Assembly: GCA_964511345.1 (NCBI GenBank) | Contig: CAZEEV010000001.1 | Coordinates: forward strand, 8,089-72,088 | DNA length: 64,000 nt | Source of the DNA: an uncultured Pseudomonadales bacterium | Lineage (GTDB): Bacteria; Patescibacteriota; Microgenomatia; UBA1400; PJMF01 | Direction of reading: 5' to 3' | Shown here: piece by piece, positions 44,244-54,042 of the stretch | Numbering within the stretch: the first letter of the stretch is position 1 | Layout of the letters: each line of letters opens with the position of its first letter | Notes under the pieces: generated by a model | Databases searched by the model: none | What the model was told of the DNA's origin: nothing | What the model saw: only the letters and a program-made list of their open reading frames with translations | Made by a program: the position numbers and the translations under genes

Positions 44244-45647
44244 TTGCAAAAAGATTTTTTTGCTCTCACTAGCCTGTCTCCGCTTGATGGTCGCTACTCC
44301 TCCAAAATTTCTACACTATCCGAATATTTTTCAGAATTTGCTTTGATTAAATATCGCGTTCAAATTGAAGTTGCTTATTTATTATTTCTAAGTGAGCAAA
44401 AGCTAATTCCACCATTGTCTATTTCCGCCAAGAAAAAAGTTTCCAAAATCGCTACTAACTTCAGCTTAGAGCAAGCCGTGGAAGTGAAAAATATCGAGAA
44501 AAAAACCATGCACGACGTCAAAGCAGTGGAATATCTCATTCGTCAGGAATTAGAAAAATTATCTTTGCCGATCGCTCAATACGTGCACATCGGTATGACA
44601 AGTGAGGACACTAATTCGCTCGCCCAATCTCTAATGCTTAAGGAGGCTCGCGACCAATTTGTTCTGCCCAAACTCAATCAAGTTCTTAAAGAACTAGCTC
44701 GCTTAGCAGTGGAACTCAAAGACGCCACTTTTCTAGCTAGAACTCATGGTCAAGTGGCGGTCCCTACTACTATGGGCAAAGAATTGATGGTTTTTGCGCT
44801 ACGTTTATGCGAGGAATTACAAATTTTATCTAAGTTACCAGTTGATGCTAAATTAAGTGGAGCAGTTGGCAATTTTTCTGCCCAGTTAGCTGCTTTTCCA
44901 GATGTAAATTGGCCCAAACTTAGCCAGAAATTTATTACTTCGCTCGGTTTAAAACCCGCTCAAATTAGCACCCAAATCGTCTTTGCCGAAAGTTATTCAC
45001 GTATCTTTAGCAGCTTATTACACAGTAACCTGATTTTATTAGATTTGGATCAAGATATTTGGCGCTACATTAGCAATGGTTTATTCGCTCAACAAAAAGC
45101 TAAAAGTCAAGTTGGTTCCTCAACCATGCCTCATAAAGTTAATCCAATTGATTTTGAAAATAGCGAAGGTAATTTAGGGTTAGCTAATGCCTTGCTAAAT
45201 TTTTTCATTACTAAATTACCGATTTCTAGATTACAACGCGATCTTTCTGATAGTACGGTTAAACGCAATTTTGGTATTGCTTTAGGTTATGCTTGTTTGG
45301 GTTACGACTCTTTAATTAAAGGTTTAAGCAAGATTAAATTTGATTCAAATGCTGCACAACAAGAATTAAATGAGCACTTCGAAGTTATCAGCGAAGCTTT
45401 TCAGGTTATTTTGAGGGTCAACGGTGATGAACGGGGATACGAAAAACTCAAGGATTTTTCTCAAGGTAAGAAAATTACTGCCACAGAAATAAATGATTTT
45501 ATTGATACGCTGTCTGTTAGTGCCCAAGTCAAAAAACAATTGCGCGCTATTACGCCCAATACTTATACTGGTTTGGCTGCCAAATTAGTTGATCAATCCC
45601 TAGTGACTATTAATTCTTATTTGAAAGGACAACATGAACAAAGTTAG
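44244..45647 (+). CDS. purB: Adenylosuccinate lyase
   Basis: SPLDGRY, HDVKAVEY, RTHGQ, GSSTMPHKVNPIDFENSEGN. Confidence 0.96.
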   Translation: MQKDFFALTSLSPLDGRYSSKISTLSEYFSEFALIKYRVQIEVAYLLFLSEQKLIPPLSISAKKKVSKIATNFSLEQAVEVKNIEKKTMHDVKAVEYLIRQELEKLSLPIAQYVHIGMTSEDTNSLAQSLMLKEARDQFVLPKLNQVLKELARLAVELKDATFLARTHGQVAVPTTMGKELMVFALRLCEELQILSKLPVDAKLSGAVGNFSAQLAAFPDVNWPKLSQKFITSLGLKPAQISTQIVFAESYSRIFSSLLHSNLILLDLDQDIWRYISNGLFAQQKAKSQVGSSTMPHKVNPIDFENSEGNLGLANALLNFFITKLPISRLQRDLSDSTVKRNFGIALGYACLGYDSLIKGLSKIKFDSNAAQQELNEHFEVISEAFQVILRVNGDERGYEKLKDFSQGKKITATEINDFIDTLSVSAQVKKQLRAITPNTYTGLAAKLVDQSLVTINSYLKGQHEQS

Positions 45648-47004
45648 AGCAAAAACCTACGGTATTTGTGGCGGCGCTTTCGGCGATGAAGGCAAAGGTC
45701 GTATTGTTGATAATTTAGTCAATGATTTATGTAAAAAAGGTGAAGTGGTGGTTTATCGTGACAATGGTGGTGCTAATGCTGGTCACACCGTTGAATTTGG
45801 TGGCCAAAGAATCGCTTTACATCAGTTACCTTCCGGAGTTTTTATCAAAGGGGCGACAGTAGTTTTAGGTAAAGAAATGGTTTTAGATCCTGGTGATCTT
45901 TTGACTGAATTAGCAGCCGTTAATAAAATTGCTAAAGCTAAAGATCGAGCCAAAATTAAGATTGATGAGTTAGCCTTTTTATCTCTTGCTACCCATCGTG
46001 CTTACGAAACAGTTTTGAAAGATTGGCAGTCTGGCAGTAAAGGTTCCACTGGTCGTGGCATTGCTCCAGCTTATGCTGACGTGCTTTTGAGACACCCTCT
46101 GAGAATGCGCGATGTTTTGAATCATGACGCTAAAAAACTTGCCGCTCATTACGATATGTATGAGGCTTTGATCAAAGGTTTAGGCCAAAATCTGGCTGAA
46201 GTCAAAGTTGTATCTTTAGCTGGTGACTTAAAAGCAGTGGGTTCTAAGAAAAAATTCCTTAAGACTTTGAACGAACAGGTCGAAGAGCTACGTCCTTATA
46301 TTGCTGATATTCGTGCTTGGTTAGCAGAGAAATGGCAAGATAAGAAATGTGCTTTTGTTTTTGAGAAAGCTCAAGCTGTTGGCTTGGATTATCGTTTTGG
46401 TCTTTATCCAGATGTGACTGCTTCCAATACTACTTTTTCTGGCATTTTTTCTGCCACTGAAGGTTTGATTGATCCAGATCAATTTAAAATGAGAGCTGGT
46501 GTTATTAAAGCAACTTATATGTCTAGTGTTGGTGCTCGGGTTTTGCCAACTCTAATCACAGATGAGCTAGCGGAGAGAATTCGTGAAGATGCTCACGAAT
46601 ATGGCGCCACTACCAAACGACCCAGAGATGTGGCTTTCTTAGATTTGCCTGCTTTGAAATTTTTTGCTAAAGCTGGGCATTTTAATTCTTTAATTTTGAC
46701 TCATATGGACATTGTTTATCCAAATCAGCCAGTTAAGGTTTGTGTTAAATATGAAAAGAATGGTAAAGCTGTCGGATATTATCCAGATCAGACCTTCATA
46801 GATCAAGTCAAGCCAATCTATAAAGAATTGGCTCCTTGGGATATTAAGCAACTAATGAAAGCCAAGACTGTCGCGCAATTACCAGTTGAAGCACAAAAGT
46901 TTTTGAAATTTATCAGTAAGGAAATCGGTGTGCCGGTGGTGATGATTACCACTGGTCCTAAGCGTGATCAGGGTTTGATTTTAGACAAGAAAATGATGGG
47001 TTAA
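45634..47004 (+). CDS. purA: Adenylosuccinate synthetase (divergent)
   Basis: GDEGKG, GGANAGHT, HQLPSG, GSTGRGIAPAY, EYGATTKRPR. Confidence 0.92.
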   Translation: MNKVRAKTYGICGGAFGDEGKGRIVDNLVNDLCKKGEVVVYRDNGGANAGHTVEFGGQRIALHQLPSGVFIKGATVVLGKEMVLDPGDLLTELAAVNKIAKAKDRAKIKIDELAFLSLATHRAYETVLKDWQSGSKGSTGRGIAPAYADVLLRHPLRMRDVLNHDAKKLAAHYDMYEALIKGLGQNLAEVKVVSLAGDLKAVGSKKKFLKTLNEQVEELRPYIADIRAWLAEKWQDKKCAFVFEKAQAVGLDYRFGLYPDVTASNTTFSGIFSATEGLIDPDQFKMRAGVIKATYMSSVGARVLPTLITDELAERIREDAHEYGATTKRPRDVAFLDLPALKFFAKAGHFNSLILTHMDIVYPNQPVKVCVKYEKNGKAVGYYPDQTFIDQVKPIYKELAPWDIKQLMKAKTVAQLPVEAQKFLKFISKEIGVPVVMITTGPKRDQGLILDKKMMG

Positions 47005-47741
47005 CGAGCTTTAATTACATCGTTAATTACAATTCCAAAACTTACCGCCACATTGAGCGATTCAGCTTGACCGTGTTTAGGAATACTTAGAGATTGATCA
47101 GCGAGCTGATCAATTTCTTTGGAAGTGCCCTTGGATTCATTGCCAAAAATAATCGCAGTTTTATTTTTAAAATTGACGACTTTTCTCGAGTCAGCCAACT
47201 CTGGTCTAGTAACAACGATTTTGAAACCAGCTTTTTTAAGCTCAATTAAGTCTGCTTCGCCATTTTGGCTAGTTACGATGGGCAAATGAAAAATAGAGCC
47301 CATGCTGGAGCGAACTACCTTGGGCTGATAAGGATCAGCGCCGCCAATCAGCAAAATAGCATCTAGTCCAAACCAATCAGCAGTTCTAATAATAGTGCCT
47401 AAGTTGCCAGGATCACGAATATCTTCAAGCACAGCCACCAATCTGCTATTTTTAATTGTTTCCAGATTGTAATTAGGCATTCTGACAATCGCAGCAATGC
47501 CAGATGGAGTCACAGTTTCTGCCAATTTAGCAAAATCTTTTTCATCAACGATTAATGTTTCCTGATTTTCACCAAAACTCTTTTCTTGGTTAGCAAATTG
47601 TCTAGTCATGACTAACTGAATAACTTCTTTTCCGGACGCGATGGCTTCAGACACCCCTTTCTTACCTTCAACAATAAAACAGCCATATTCACTGCGATAT
47701 TTTTTCTGATTGAGTTTAGAAAGGATTTTTAGACCAAACAT
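47001..47741 (-). CDS. TrmH/SpoU family RNA methyltransferase
   Basis: DPGNLGTIIRTA, FGNESKG, ESLNVAV. Confidence 0.93.
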   Translation of the reverse strand: MFGLKILSKLNQKKYRSEYGCFIVEGKKGVSEAIASGKEVIQLVMTRQFANQEKSFGENQETLIVDEKDFAKLAETVTPSGIAAIVRMPNYNLETIKNSRLVAVLEDIRDPGNLGTIIRTADWFGLDAILLIGGADPYQPKVVRSSMGSIFHLPIVTSQNGEADLIELKKAGFKIVVTRPELADSRKVVNFKNKTAIIFGNESKGTSKEIDQLADQSLSIPKHGQAESLNVAVSFGIVINDVIKAR

Positions 47742-47758
47742 GATATATTTTATTATAT

Positions 47759-48658
47759 ATGAAGATTGCTTACATTGGTCTTGGTAAAATGGGTAAAAAC
47801 ATGGTCTTACGCCTGCTGGAGCGGGGTATAGAAGTGGCGGCTTGGAATCGTTCCAAGGCAGCTGTTGATGAAGTGGTGGCCGCTGGAGCTACTGCTGCCG
47901 CAGACTTTGCAGGTTTAATCGCAGCTTTGCCAGAGCGTAGAGTTGTGTGGTTAATGTTACCTGCAGGTCAAGTCACCGATCAAATTATTAATGAACTTTT
48001 ACCACACTTAAAAAGTGGCGATTTATTAATTGATGGCGGTAATTCTTTTTATCAAGATACTATTCGCCGTGCTACCGAATTAGCCAATAAAAATATTAAC
48101 TATTTAGACATTGGAGTTTCTGGTGGCCCTGGTGGAGCCAGATCTGGAGCTTGCATGATGGTGGGTGGAAATAAAGCTGACTATGATTATGTTTTGCCAG
48201 TTATTAAAGCGGCTTGCGCGCCAGACGCCTATGGTTATGTGGGAAATAGTGGTGCCGGGCATTTTGTCAAAATGATTCACAATGGAATTGAATACGGCAT
48301 GATGCAGGCCATTGCTGAAGGGGCGGCAGTTTTAGAAAAAAGCTCTTTCAAGCCAGATCTAGCTGAAGTTTTTCGCATTTATAATAACAAAACCGTTATT
48401 GAATCTAGATTGGTGAATTGGGCCCAGGAAGCTTTCGCAGAAAATCCTCAATTAGCAAATATTTCTTCAGTTATCTCTCACACTGGTGAAGGAGAGTGGA
48501 CGATTCAAGCAGCTAAGGAACTTGGTGTGGAAGTACCAATTATTGAAAAATCTTTTCAAGTTAGAGTTGAGTCTGCCAATGAACCTGAGAACTTTCGCAA
48601 TAAAGTAGTCTCGATCTTACGCAATAAATTTGGTCACCATAAAGCCACCAAAGATTAA
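47759..48658 (+). CDS. gnd: 6-phosphogluconate dehydrogenase (decarboxylating, short form)
   Basis: IGLGKMG, IDGGNS, GVSGG, GHFVKMIHNGIEYG, GEGEWT, RNKFGHH. Confidence 0.94.
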   Translation: MKIAYIGLGKMGKNMVLRLLERGIEVAAWNRSKAAVDEVVAAGATAAADFAGLIAALPERRVVWLMLPAGQVTDQIINELLPHLKSGDLLIDGGNSFYQDTIRRATELANKNINYLDIGVSGGPGGARSGACMMVGGNKADYDYVLPVIKAACAPDAYGYVGNSGAGHFVKMIHNGIEYGMMQAIAEGAAVLEKSSFKPDLAEVFRIYNNKTVIESRLVNWAQEAFAENPQLANISSVISHTGEGEWTIQAAKELGVEVPIIEKSFQVRVESANEPENFRNKVVSILRNKFGHHKATKD

Positions 48659-48681
48659 ATTTTTTTAGAGCGACTTAAAGT

Positions 48682-50121
48682 TTAGAAAGAGCAAAAAGAG
48701 ACTGATGGTTCAAGCCATTTCCTACCATCTTTTTCAATAATTTCATCAGCTTCAACTGGCCCCCAACTACCTCTCTGGTAGCTAACAAGATTTTTTCGCT
48801 CCGCAATTAAAGGATCAATGAATTTCCATTGCGCCTCAACTTCTTCGGCATCAACGAAAAAGGTTTGATCACCGCGAAGAGCATCGAATAATAGTCTTAA
48901 GTAGGGATCTGGCAGCGTAGCAGCAGTGTGTTTGTAACAGTATTGCATGTATTCACTTTGTAGCTTTAGATCTGTTCCAGGAAATTTAGAGAGAAATTTT
49001 AGAACAATGCCTTCGTTTGGTTGAATACGATAAATCAGTACATTAGCTTCTCCGCCACCGTTGATGTGTGAAAACAAATGTTTGACGTCATTCTTAAAAA
49101 CAATGGCGACTTCAGTGACTGTTTGCTTGAGAAATTTGCCGCCTCTCACATAAATTGGGACACCGTGAAAACGCTTATTATTGATGTGAGTTCTGAAGCT
49201 GAAAAAAGTCTCTCTACTAGAATTCGTTGCCACATCTTTTTCATCTAGATAGCCTTCATATTGGCCAAAAATTACGCGATCTTTTTCTGGAATAAGTTCT
49301 TCAATAATTTTGGTTCTTTTATCAGTAATATCTTGATTAGACAATGATTTTGGGGCTTCCATAGTAGTGAGGGCAATCATCTGCAAGATGTGATTTTGTC
49401 CGACATCTTTGAGTGCGCCGACACTGTCATAGTAGCCACCGCGCATGCCAATTCCAAAATCTTCAGAAGCAGTTACTTGGATATGATCGATGTTATCTTT
49501 ATTGATTAATGACTCGAACAAATTATTACCAAATCTAAAAGTTAAAATATTTTGCAAGGTTTCTCTACCGAGATAGTGATCTAGACGGAAAATTTGGTCC
49601 TCAGCGTAGTAACTAGTTAATAGTTTGTTTAGTTTTTTAGCTGAATCTAGATCGCTACCGATTGGTTTTTCAACGATGACTCTGACGTAGCCACATTCTT
49701 GGCTATTTAGACCGCTAGTTTGCAAATGATTGAAAACGGTTGGGTAAAGATCTGGGTAAGTAGCTAAATAGAACATGCGGTTGCTGCATGATTTATCTTT
49801 TGCAAATAGATTCATCAATTTATCGTAAACTTCTTTTTGAGCAATATCGCCAGATACATAGAGCATTCTGGAAAGTAAATTATCTGCAACTTCTTTTTCA
49901 ATTGGATGTTGATGATGGCGATTCGGTTGATGCAGCACCATATCTGAATATTTTCTAAATTCTTCATGAGAAAGTTCTTTTCTACCGATGCCAATAATGT
50001 TCATTTTTTCAGGTAGTAGATTGGCTTTTACCAAATCATAGAGAGCGGGAATAAGTTTTAATTGAGCCAAGTTTCCTGTGGCGCCAAAAATAACTAAAGA
50101 GAAGGATTCTTGTGTATTCAT
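48682..50121 (-). CDS. zwf: Glucose-6-phosphate 1-dehydrogenase
   Basis: IFGATGNLA, EKPIG, RLDHYLG, DVGQNH, RIQPNEG, GSWGP. Confidence 0.96.
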   Translation of the reverse strand: MNTQESFSLVIFGATGNLAQLKLIPALYDLVKANLLPEKMNIIGIGRKELSHEEFRKYSDMVLHQPNRHHQHPIEKEVADNLLSRMLYVSGDIAQKEVYDKLMNLFAKDKSCSNRMFYLATYPDLYPTVFNHLQTSGLNSQECGYVRVIVEKPIGSDLDSAKKLNKLLTSYYAEDQIFRLDHYLGRETLQNILTFRFGNNLFESLINKDNIDHIQVTASEDFGIGMRGGYYDSVGALKDVGQNHILQMIALTTMEAPKSLSNQDITDKRTKIIEELIPEKDRVIFGQYEGYLDEKDVATNSSRETFFSFRTHINNKRFHGVPIYVRGGKFLKQTVTEVAIVFKNDVKHLFSHINGGGEANVLIYRIQPNEGIVLKFLSKFPGTDLKLQSEYMQYCYKHTAATLPDPYLRLLFDALRGDQTFFVDAEEVEAQWKFIDPLIAERKNLVSYQRGSWGPVEADEIIEKDGRKWLEPSVSFCSF

Positions 50122-51035
50122 TTTTTCTTTCTGCTGGCAATATATACCCCAAAGATAATAATTAAAAGGGAAAAGATCTGTAAGAAACTAGCTGATTCTT
50201 TAAGTAAAAGATAGCCCAGAGGAATATAAATTGCAGGTTGTAGATAAGTAAATAAGCTGGCCTCTGAAGCCTCAATACCATCTTGTCCTTTAATGTAAGC
50301 AGTTAAACCAATAATTGAACCGAAGATCGCCCCATAAATCACTACACCCCAAACCATGACGGAGCTCAAGTCATTAACAATACTACTTTTCCAGAGGTTT
50401 AGATTAAATTGTAACTCTATGATTGATAAGATCGCAAAAGTGATAATGCCGACATAAAAACTAATACTGCTGACAAATAATTTGGGGATTTGGTGATAAC
50501 GTTTTTTGGCTAGCAAAAAATAAATCGCATTTAAAATATTGTGAGCAATAATTAACAAATTGCCGCCAAGTGAATTCATTAAACTACTATCACCGTGCCA
50601 CATTGGTTCCAGAGTAATTAGGATTGTGCCAAAAAAAGCAAAAATTAAACCCAACCACTCATGATGGTCTTGGCGTTCTCTAAGAAAAATAATTCCTCCA
50701 AAAATGATAAACAGTGGTGCACTGGTGGTAATAATATTAGCCTCTAAGGCACTTATTTGACTTAGGCCGATATATAAACAACTAAGAGCCAGAGAAGTTT
50801 CAATTAGCTCGAGTAAAACAATTGTTTTTAAGGTTTGCCATTTGTGTTTAATTTTTTTCCAGTAATACATAACAATGGGCAGTGATAGGGCGCCGGCTAA
50901 ACAAAAACGATAAAAGAGAAAACGAAAAGGAGTAATATCAGAATCATTAAAACCAAGTTTCACAATTGGTAAAAAAGCTCCCCAAGTAATGGTGCTAATA
51001 ATCATGAAAAGATAAGATTGAAGACGTTTGCTCAT
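50118..51035 (-). CDS. DMT/EamA family transporter
   Basis: About 10 TM in two repeats; TWG, FYRF, LRE, LLKE. Confidence 0.85.
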   Translation of the reverse strand: MSKRLQSYLFMIISTITWGAFLPIVKLGFNDSDITPFRFLFYRFCLAGALSLPIVMYYWKKIKHKWQTLKTIVLLELIETSLALSCLYIGLSQISALEANIITTSAPLFIIFGGIIFLRERQDHHEWLGLIFAFFGTILITLEPMWHGDSSLMNSLGGNLLIIAHNILNAIYFLLAKKRYHQIPKLFVSSISFYVGIITFAILSIIELQFNLNLWKSSIVNDLSSVMVWGVVIYGAIFGSIIGLTAYIKGQDGIEASEASLFTYLQPAIYIPLGYLLLKESASFLQIFSLLIIIFGVYIASRKKK

Positions 51036-51066
51036 TTTAAAACCATATATTAGAATAGCACGAGTC

Positions 51067-51504
51067 ATGCTAAAAAATTTTAAGAAATTGACGATCGCAT
51101 TTTTTATTTTATTAGTGGGTTTCTTGATTTATCGACAACGAAATATCCATCAATTATTTTCTAGGGATTTGCCAAAGCCAGCTACAGAAATTACTCCTAG
51201 TATTGCTCCAGCTGCACAATTAGAGTTTGAAGTTGGCGGAGATAGCGATCAGCAAAAAAACTACCAATTTATTGCTACTGCCTCAGGTCAAAATGCTTTA
51301 GAGCTAGTTGAAAGTCAGGTAGAATTAAGCCTTAAAAAATATGATTTTGGTGTCATGATAGAAGGTGTTAATGGTCTTATGGCAGATAATAAAAATTATT
51401 GGGCGATTTATCAAAATGGAGAATATGCAAAAACTGGGATTGCTCAAATTGAATTGCAAAAAGATGAAAGTGTCGAGCTTAGATATGAAGAAATCACTTA
51501 CTAA
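51067..51504 (+). CDS. DUF4430 (transcobalamin C-terminal-like) membrane-anchored protein
   Basis: FGVMIEGVNG, YWAIYQNGE...GI. Confidence 0.75.
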   Translation: MLKNFKKLTIAFFILLVGFLIYRQRNIHQLFSRDLPKPATEITPSIAPAAQLEFEVGGDSDQQKNYQFIATASGQNALELVESQVELSLKKYDFGVMIEGVNGLMADNKNYWAIYQNGEYAKTGIAQIELQKDESVELRYEEITY

Positions 51505-51967
51505 TTTCAGTGGGATAATTTTGACTTATGTTTCCAGGTTTGGTTTCTTGCCAGCCAATGTTTCGCCACTTGGAGCTTATGGTTTTTTCGGTGGCAATCT
51601 TTTATTTTATTTTGCTTCCATCGTAGCTTTTGATTTCTTCAAAGGTGGCTTTTACCAAGGATTTTTATGGACTTATCTTGGTTTTGCTGCTTATCCTTTT
51701 TTCGCCTTTTTAGCTCGCAAGTTTTCCAAGAAACAGTGGCTGTTTTTACCAATGGCTTCTTTTAGTTTCTTTCTGCTTTCTAATTTTGGTGTATTTTTAG
51801 CCTGGTATGACCATAGTTGGCAGGGATTTTTGACTTGTTATGCTTTGGCTTTGCCGTTTTATAGTCGCACTTTAGCTGGTGATTTATTTTTTGGTTATGG
51901 CTTTTTGTTGCTTAAAAAACTCCGTCAAATTGCTTTTTTACGTTCCTCACGCTATAATATCCTATAA
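51485..51967 (+). CDS. DUF6580 family putative transporter (ECF S-component-like)
   Basis: ANVSPLGA, FFLLSNFGV, CYALALPF, GDLFF. Confidence 0.75.
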   Translation: MKKSLTNFSGIILTYVSRFGFLPANVSPLGAYGFFGGNLLFYFASIVAFDFFKGGFYQGFLWTYLGFAAYPFFAFLARKFSKKQWLFLPMASFSFFLLSNFGVFLAWYDHSWQGFLTCYALALPFYSRTLAGDLFFGYGFLLLKKLRQIAFLRSSRYNIL

Positions 51968-52776
51968 TGTTTAAGAAAAAGATGAGGGTTAAGCTTTATA
52001 AGAAAGCTCCCGTCAAATTTTTATTGAAGAAAGCAAGAAGCCTTAAGAAGTTGGCTTTCTTTTCTTTTGTCTTGAGCTTGTTATTTATTTTTCTTAGCAA
52101 TCCTTTTCTTGCCTACGAGCAAATTAAAGCATTGCCCAATAAGGTAACTGAAGTCAAGCAAGTGATGGCTAGCATTCCAGAGTTTATTAAGGTTTTGCCA
52201 AGTGAAGCAGAGAAGAATAGTTTTGCCTTTTTTGATTGGACTAAGACTCAATTAGATGGTTCCTGGCCAATTTTTGCCAAAGAATCAAATTTAGCTGATA
52301 AAGAAGCTGGTCAGAGTGCGGTAGCTACTAAAGACTATACTAAATTACCTTTTTTCATTGAAATTCCTAAATTGAATCTGTATGAAAAAGTGCATGCTAA
52401 TGTTGATCCGAATAATGTCAAAGAATACCAGCTTGCCCTAGAAGAAGGTGTAGCTCATGCGCTAAATTCATCTTTTCCAGGAGAAAATAAGTTAGTTTAT
52501 GTTTTTGGTCATTCGACCAATGGAGCCTGGAACGTAGAGGCTTATAATGCGGTTTTTTATCAAATCAAAGAATTAGAGATTGGTGACCAAATTATTTTAC
52601 ATTTAGGTGAGCAAAAATTTACTTATCAGGTCAGTGAACAGAACGTGGTCAAGGGTAACGAAATCAATTTTGTGAATGATCGTCAAAATCAAAACATTTT
52701 ACTCTTGCAAACTTGTTGGCCGCCAGGAACTTCTTGGCAAAGATTGTTTGTGAGTGCAGTGCCGGTAGCTATTTAA
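51967..52776 (+). CDS. Sortase
   Basis: IEIPKL, GVAH, VFGHS, LLLQTCWPPG, RLFV (His-Cys-Arg). Confidence 0.9.
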   Translation: MFKKKMRVKLYKKAPVKFLLKKARSLKKLAFFSFVLSLLFIFLSNPFLAYEQIKALPNKVTEVKQVMASIPEFIKVLPSEAEKNSFAFFDWTKTQLDGSWPIFAKESNLADKEAGQSAVATKDYTKLPFFIEIPKLNLYEKVHANVDPNNVKEYQLALEEGVAHALNSSFPGENKLVYVFGHSTNGAWNVEAYNAVFYQIKELEIGDQIILHLGEQKFTYQVSEQNVVKGNEINFVNDRQNQNILLLQTCWPPGTSWQRLFVSAVPVAI

Positions 52777-52842
52777 AGCGCGACTTGTTGTCTTAGTTTT
52801 CTTGTGTTAAGTTTTAAGAATACAATCATTGATTATCATTCT

Positions 52843-53196
52843 ATGTCAAATAACACAGAACTCTCCACTTACATGCAATTTATTACTGGTATCAAAGCAC
52901 CTGGCAATAGAGAAGAGCGGGATGATTGGTCAAAAATGAGAAGCGAAGTATTGAGATCTTTGGCATCAATGATGCTTTTGCAAAAAAATTGTGATTGTCC
53001 TTGCGGTCAAGATTTTTTGAATCACTTATCAGATTTAGAAAATCACCCAGAGTTTAGAAAACACTTTCTCATGCTAGCTAATGTCTTGCAAAAATATCCA
53101 GAACTAGCCTCATCTTTTATAGCTGCTGCTTGTATTAGAACATCCTCAACTGATTGGGATACGATTGAAGACAATACCGCTCATTGTGTTCAATAA
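52843..53196 (+). CDS. Hypothetical protein
   Basis: ORF between sortase and its putative substrate; CDCPC. Confidence 0.55.
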   Translation: MSNNTELSTYMQFITGIKAPGNREERDDWSKMRSEVLRSLASMMLLQKNCDCPCGQDFLNHLSDLENHPEFRKHFLMLANVLQKYPELASSFIAAACIRTSSTDWDTIEDNTAHCVQ

Positions 53197-53216
53197 TTTT
53201 TCCACTTACTTAAATC

Positions 53217-53257
53217 TATCCTATAATATTGACAATATACTATTATAAGTATATAAT
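53217..53257 (+). promoter_or_regulatory. Promoter with TATCCTATAA box: TATCCTATAA-TA-TTGACA-17nt-TATAAT
   Basis: Box 53217-53226, perfect -35 53229-53234 and -10 53252-53257. Confidence 0.88.
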
Positions 53258-53265
53258 ATCAGATC

Positions 53266-53961
53266 ATGTCAAGAAAAATTAGTATGAAAAAAATCGTTTC
53301 TTATCTATTAATTGTCACTGGTTTCTTTTTGTTTTTTACAAATTTAGCCAGTGCTAAAGAATGTCACACCGTTTATGGTGGTGGCGAAGTTTGTGAAACT
53401 GGAGATTTAAGTTTAAACAAGCAAGTTTTTAATCCAAAAGCTAATCAATATTGGGATAATATTGACGCTGGTGATTATACTTTTGCTCCAGGTGAAGAAG
53501 TTAAATTTAAATTACGTGTCAAAAACACCTCTGATATTAAAGTTGATAGTGTACGCATCAACGACGATTTCGATCGTTTAGATGATTATATGATCTACGT
53601 TAGTAGTGACAAAGGCGATTATCGCGCTGAAGCTACCGACAACAAAATTAAATTTGGCTTAGGTGGTCTCGATCCAGATGAATCTGTAACTGTTTATTTT
53701 GTAGCTCGTTTTAAAGTCGAAAGTGAATTGCCAGTTGGCACCACTTGTATTACTAATGCAGCTCATGTTTATTCACACACTGATGACGTGAGTGACAGTG
53801 ATTACGCTACTTTCTGTGTTAAAGCAGATCATGGCAAAATCATTACCAAAAGCACTCCTGCCACCGGTTTTGACTTAAGCACAATTTTAGCTTTAGAAGC
53901 TTTAGTTTTTGCTGGTATTGGCACTTTAGCCTTGAAAAAAGCTAAGTCTATTGCTAAATAA
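53266..53961 (+). CDS. Secreted DUF11/Ig-like protein with LPXTG-like sorting signal (TPATG)
   Basis: Signal peptide ASA, PGEEVKFKLRVKNT, ITNAA; C-terminal TPATG + hydrophobic helix + KKAKSIAK. Confidence 0.8.
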   Translation: MSRKISMKKIVSYLLIVTGFFLFFTNLASAKECHTVYGGGEVCETGDLSLNKQVFNPKANQYWDNIDAGDYTFAPGEEVKFKLRVKNTSDIKVDSVRINDDFDRLDDYMIYVSSDKGDYRAEATDNKIKFGLGGLDPDESVTVYFVARFKVESELPVGTTCITNAAHVYSHTDDVSDSDYATFCVKADHGKIITKSTPATGFDLSTILALEALVFAGIGTLALKKAKSIAK

Positions 53962-53980
53962 AAATTTTATTTGAAATTGG

Positions 53981-54007
53981 AAGCCCCGCTAATAGCGGGG
54001 CTTTTTT
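53981..54007 (+). terminator. Intrinsic terminator
   Basis: AAGCCCCGCT-AAT-AGCGGGGCTT followed by Ts. Confidence 0.92.
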
Positions 54008-54042
54008 GTTTAAATTTGAAGGTGACAGAAAGTTCAAAAATC

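Noticed and set aside
45634-47004. PurA homolog as PurZ (Z-base synthesis)
   Set aside because: Retains the catalytic Asp in GDEGKG (PurZ has Ser) and is coupled to purB in a chromosomal context
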